Part shown: positions 61,705 through 64,000 of the stretch, piece by piece
How the letters are laid out: each line of letters opens with the position of its first letter
Position numbering within the stretch: position 1 is the stretch's first letter
Position numbers and translations under genes: made by a program
NCBI GenBank assembly: GCA_963842525.1
Contig: CAWJGT010000001.1
Span: 744,629 to 808,628 of the forward strand
Direction of reading: 5' to 3'
From: an uncultured Holophagales bacterium
Lineage (GTDB): Bacteria; Acidobacteriota; Thermoanaerobaculia; Multivoradales; UBA5704
Length of the DNA: 64,000 nt
The notes under the pieces: model-generated
The model's database searches: none
What the model saw: only the letters and a program-made list of their open reading frames with translations
Told to the model about the DNA's origin: nothing

Positions 61705-64000
61705 ATGCCCTCTGTCTTCCTGAGCTACAGCCACAAGGACGAGGTGTGGAAAGACCGCCTCAAGACACACCTCGGCGTCCTGGAAAACCAGAAGCTCCTC
61801 GAAACCTGGGACGACCGCCGCATCGGCGGCGGGGACAACTGGTTCGAGGAGATCCAGGACGCCATGGCGAAAGCCAGCGTCGCCGTCCTCCTCATCTCGG
61901 CCGACTTCCTGACCTCGCGGTTCGTCCTTGAGGAAGAGATCCCGCGGCTGCTCCAGAGACGGCAGGAGGATGGGATGACCGTCCTTCCGGTGATCGCCCG
62001 CTCCTGTGCCTGGCAGGACGTGAGTTGGCTGCGAGAGATCAAGGTTCGTCCTCTTGATGGACAGCCGCTGGCCGGTTTTCGTGGGGATCGGCGAGACGCC
62101 GAGCTCGCGAATATCGCCCGAGAGATCCAAAGGATGGTGCAGGTCGAAGACCGGGAGTTGGCAAGGGGCCTGCGGGAGCGGCAGGACGACTTCCTCAGCC
62201 GGGTCGAAGACCTCTGCCGGCATCATGAGCCGGAGGCAACCGTTACGCGATACCCATCCCCCGGAAGAGCAGATTCCTATTTGCGTGTGACCCGGCGCAA
62301 GGGGAACATCAAGGATGTCTATCCGGTGGGCATCATTGAGCACGGCCTTTCGCGGGAAGACTTTCAATTCTTCCTCGACCAGATCGATGCGCCTTACCGC
62401 CGGAATGACCCTGGCCTCATTTCCGTCTTGGTCTATGGTGGCGAGTCCGCCGCCCAAGACCTCGTGAGTGAGGCAGAACGTCGCCGGGTCCACCTCCAGA
62501 GCTTTTTGGAATACCAGGGCCTGATCGATTTTCGGACCTACCTCGCCGGCCAGACCGCCCAGCTTGAGAAAGACCCAATCTACCCGCCTCGGCTCTATGT
62601 CGAGCAGCGGATGCGCACCGTCTCCCTTCTCGGTCCGGGAGAGGAAGAGTCCGAGGATGCCCTAGCAAAGGTCCGGGATTGGCTGGCCTCTCCCTACGGG
62701 CGCTTCCTTGTCCTCCTCGGTGACTTCGGTACCGGAAAGACCTTTCTTCTTCATCAGCTCGCGCGCCGCATGGGTACAGCAGATGCAGGGCTCGTCCCCA
62801 TCCTTTTGCAGATGCGCTCTCTGGAGAAAGGCCGGAGCCTCGACGCCCTCCTCGCCCAGCACTTCGCCCAAGAAAAGATGGAAGGATTCATCGCCGACCT
62901 GCCGGAAGACCAACTCCTCCAGGCCTGCAAGGAAGGAGGGGAGATCTCCGCGGCCAACTCTACGAGCTCCTCCTCACCCGCTGGCTTTTTGAATTCGAAC
63001 GCGTTCACCCCAAGGGAGCGCCCCCGGGGCTGTCGGTCGAGGAACGCTGGCAGGCGGTCACCGTGCTCGCGATGAGGCTCTGGCAGAAGACTGATCGCTT
63101 CGTGAACCTCTCCGATTTGAGCGAAGAAGCGGCGCGGGTTGTCAAGGCTGTCGGCCCGGCCGCTCCGGATTCCGAGATGGTCGCCTTCCAGGTGGGATCG
63201 GGGACGCTGCTCGTTCGAGACGACGAGGGAAACTTCTCTTTTCTCCACCAGTCGATCCTGGAATGGCTCGTAGCAAAGAGCGCAGTCAAGGAGCTCGCGA
63301 AGGAAGCAGCTCCCGAGGTGCTCGCTGCACGAGAAATTTCCGCACTCATGGCCGATTTCTTCGCCAGCCTCGCCAGCCCGGGGCAGGCGGTCGGCTGGGC
63401 AAGGACGGTGCTGTCAGCCCCAGGTGGGGAGACGGCGAAAAAGAATGCTCTTCTGGTCCTGGAAAGGCAGAAGGAGACGGACTGGCGGTCGTTCAACCTC
63501 GCCGGCCAGGATCTGCGCGGCAAGGACTTCTCTGGCCAGGATCTCGCCGGTGCAGATTTGAGAGGAGCGGACCTCACGGCGACTCGGTTGATTGGAACCA
63601 ACCTGGCTTCTGCGCGGCTGGCGAAAGCTCAGCTTCGGGAGGCCGACCTCAGTAAAGCCCTTCTGACCGGGGCGGACCTCGCCGGTGCCGATCTCACCGG
63701 AGCCCGGCTGGCCGGAGCCGATCTGCGAGGGGCTCGTCTGGAGCAGGCCCGCCTCCGGCGCGCCAAGCTCCTGGGTGCCGTGCTCGATGGCGGTGCCCTA
63801 CAGGAAGCCGACACGTTCGGTGCCTCCTGGCACGGCCTTGACAGTCTCGACGTACAGATTCCCGCTCAAGGGGAATGTCTCGCCGTCGCCTGGAGCCCGG
63901 ATGGCGAGCTCCTGGCACGCACGCGAATTCAATCGTTATCTGGAATGTCAACAACGGTCGCGAGATCCGCGCCTTGGTGGGACACCAAAACTGGGTTTTG
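61705..64000 (+). CDS. TIR - NACHT - pentapeptide repeat - WD40 protein (NLR-like); frameshifted, apparently internally deleted, runs off the window
   Basis: VFLSYSHKD..WDDRRI.GGDNW..LLISADFLTS; Walker A GDFGTGKT; FSFLHQSILEWLVA after a frame change; pentapeptide repeats (ADLRG/ADLTG); AVAWSPDG and LVGHQNWV WD40 words. Confidence 0.8.

Overview
High-GC bacterial chromosomal segment, most likely Acidobacteriota and probably Thermoanaerobaculia-like. This is an inference from the PadR + duplicated ABC permease pair, two Oar-like TonB-dependent receptors, the sulfatase-TPR fusion and the DUF1800/DUF1501 pair. Housekeeping genes (ubiD-family, holA-like, dksA-like, rlmH, def, gltX, tRNA-Gln(CTG), purE, purK) alternate with accessory inserts: a TIR(FxsC-like) + ParA-like/NDT/TPR/SLOG two-gene conflict module, four clustered toxin-antitoxin pairs plus one more pair, an integron-cassette-like HEPN gene, a pierisin/scabin-like ADP-ribosyltransferase with a poly-Ser linker, and a TIR-NACHT-pentapeptide-WD40 gene running off the right edge. 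About a dozen genes carry single frameshifts (long-read indels or decay). The most notable unexplained structures are: (1) non-coding ~19-21 bp period degenerate tandem arrays, one built of palindromic RGATAAGCTTATCY units directly downstream of a small helical-protein gene; (2) a DUF559 endonuclease gene bracketed by ~70-80 bp inverted repeats whose empty relatives recur four times in the window; (3) repeated integrase-free insertions bounded by duplicated gene 3' ends. All family assignments come from motif recognition by eye, not database searches.
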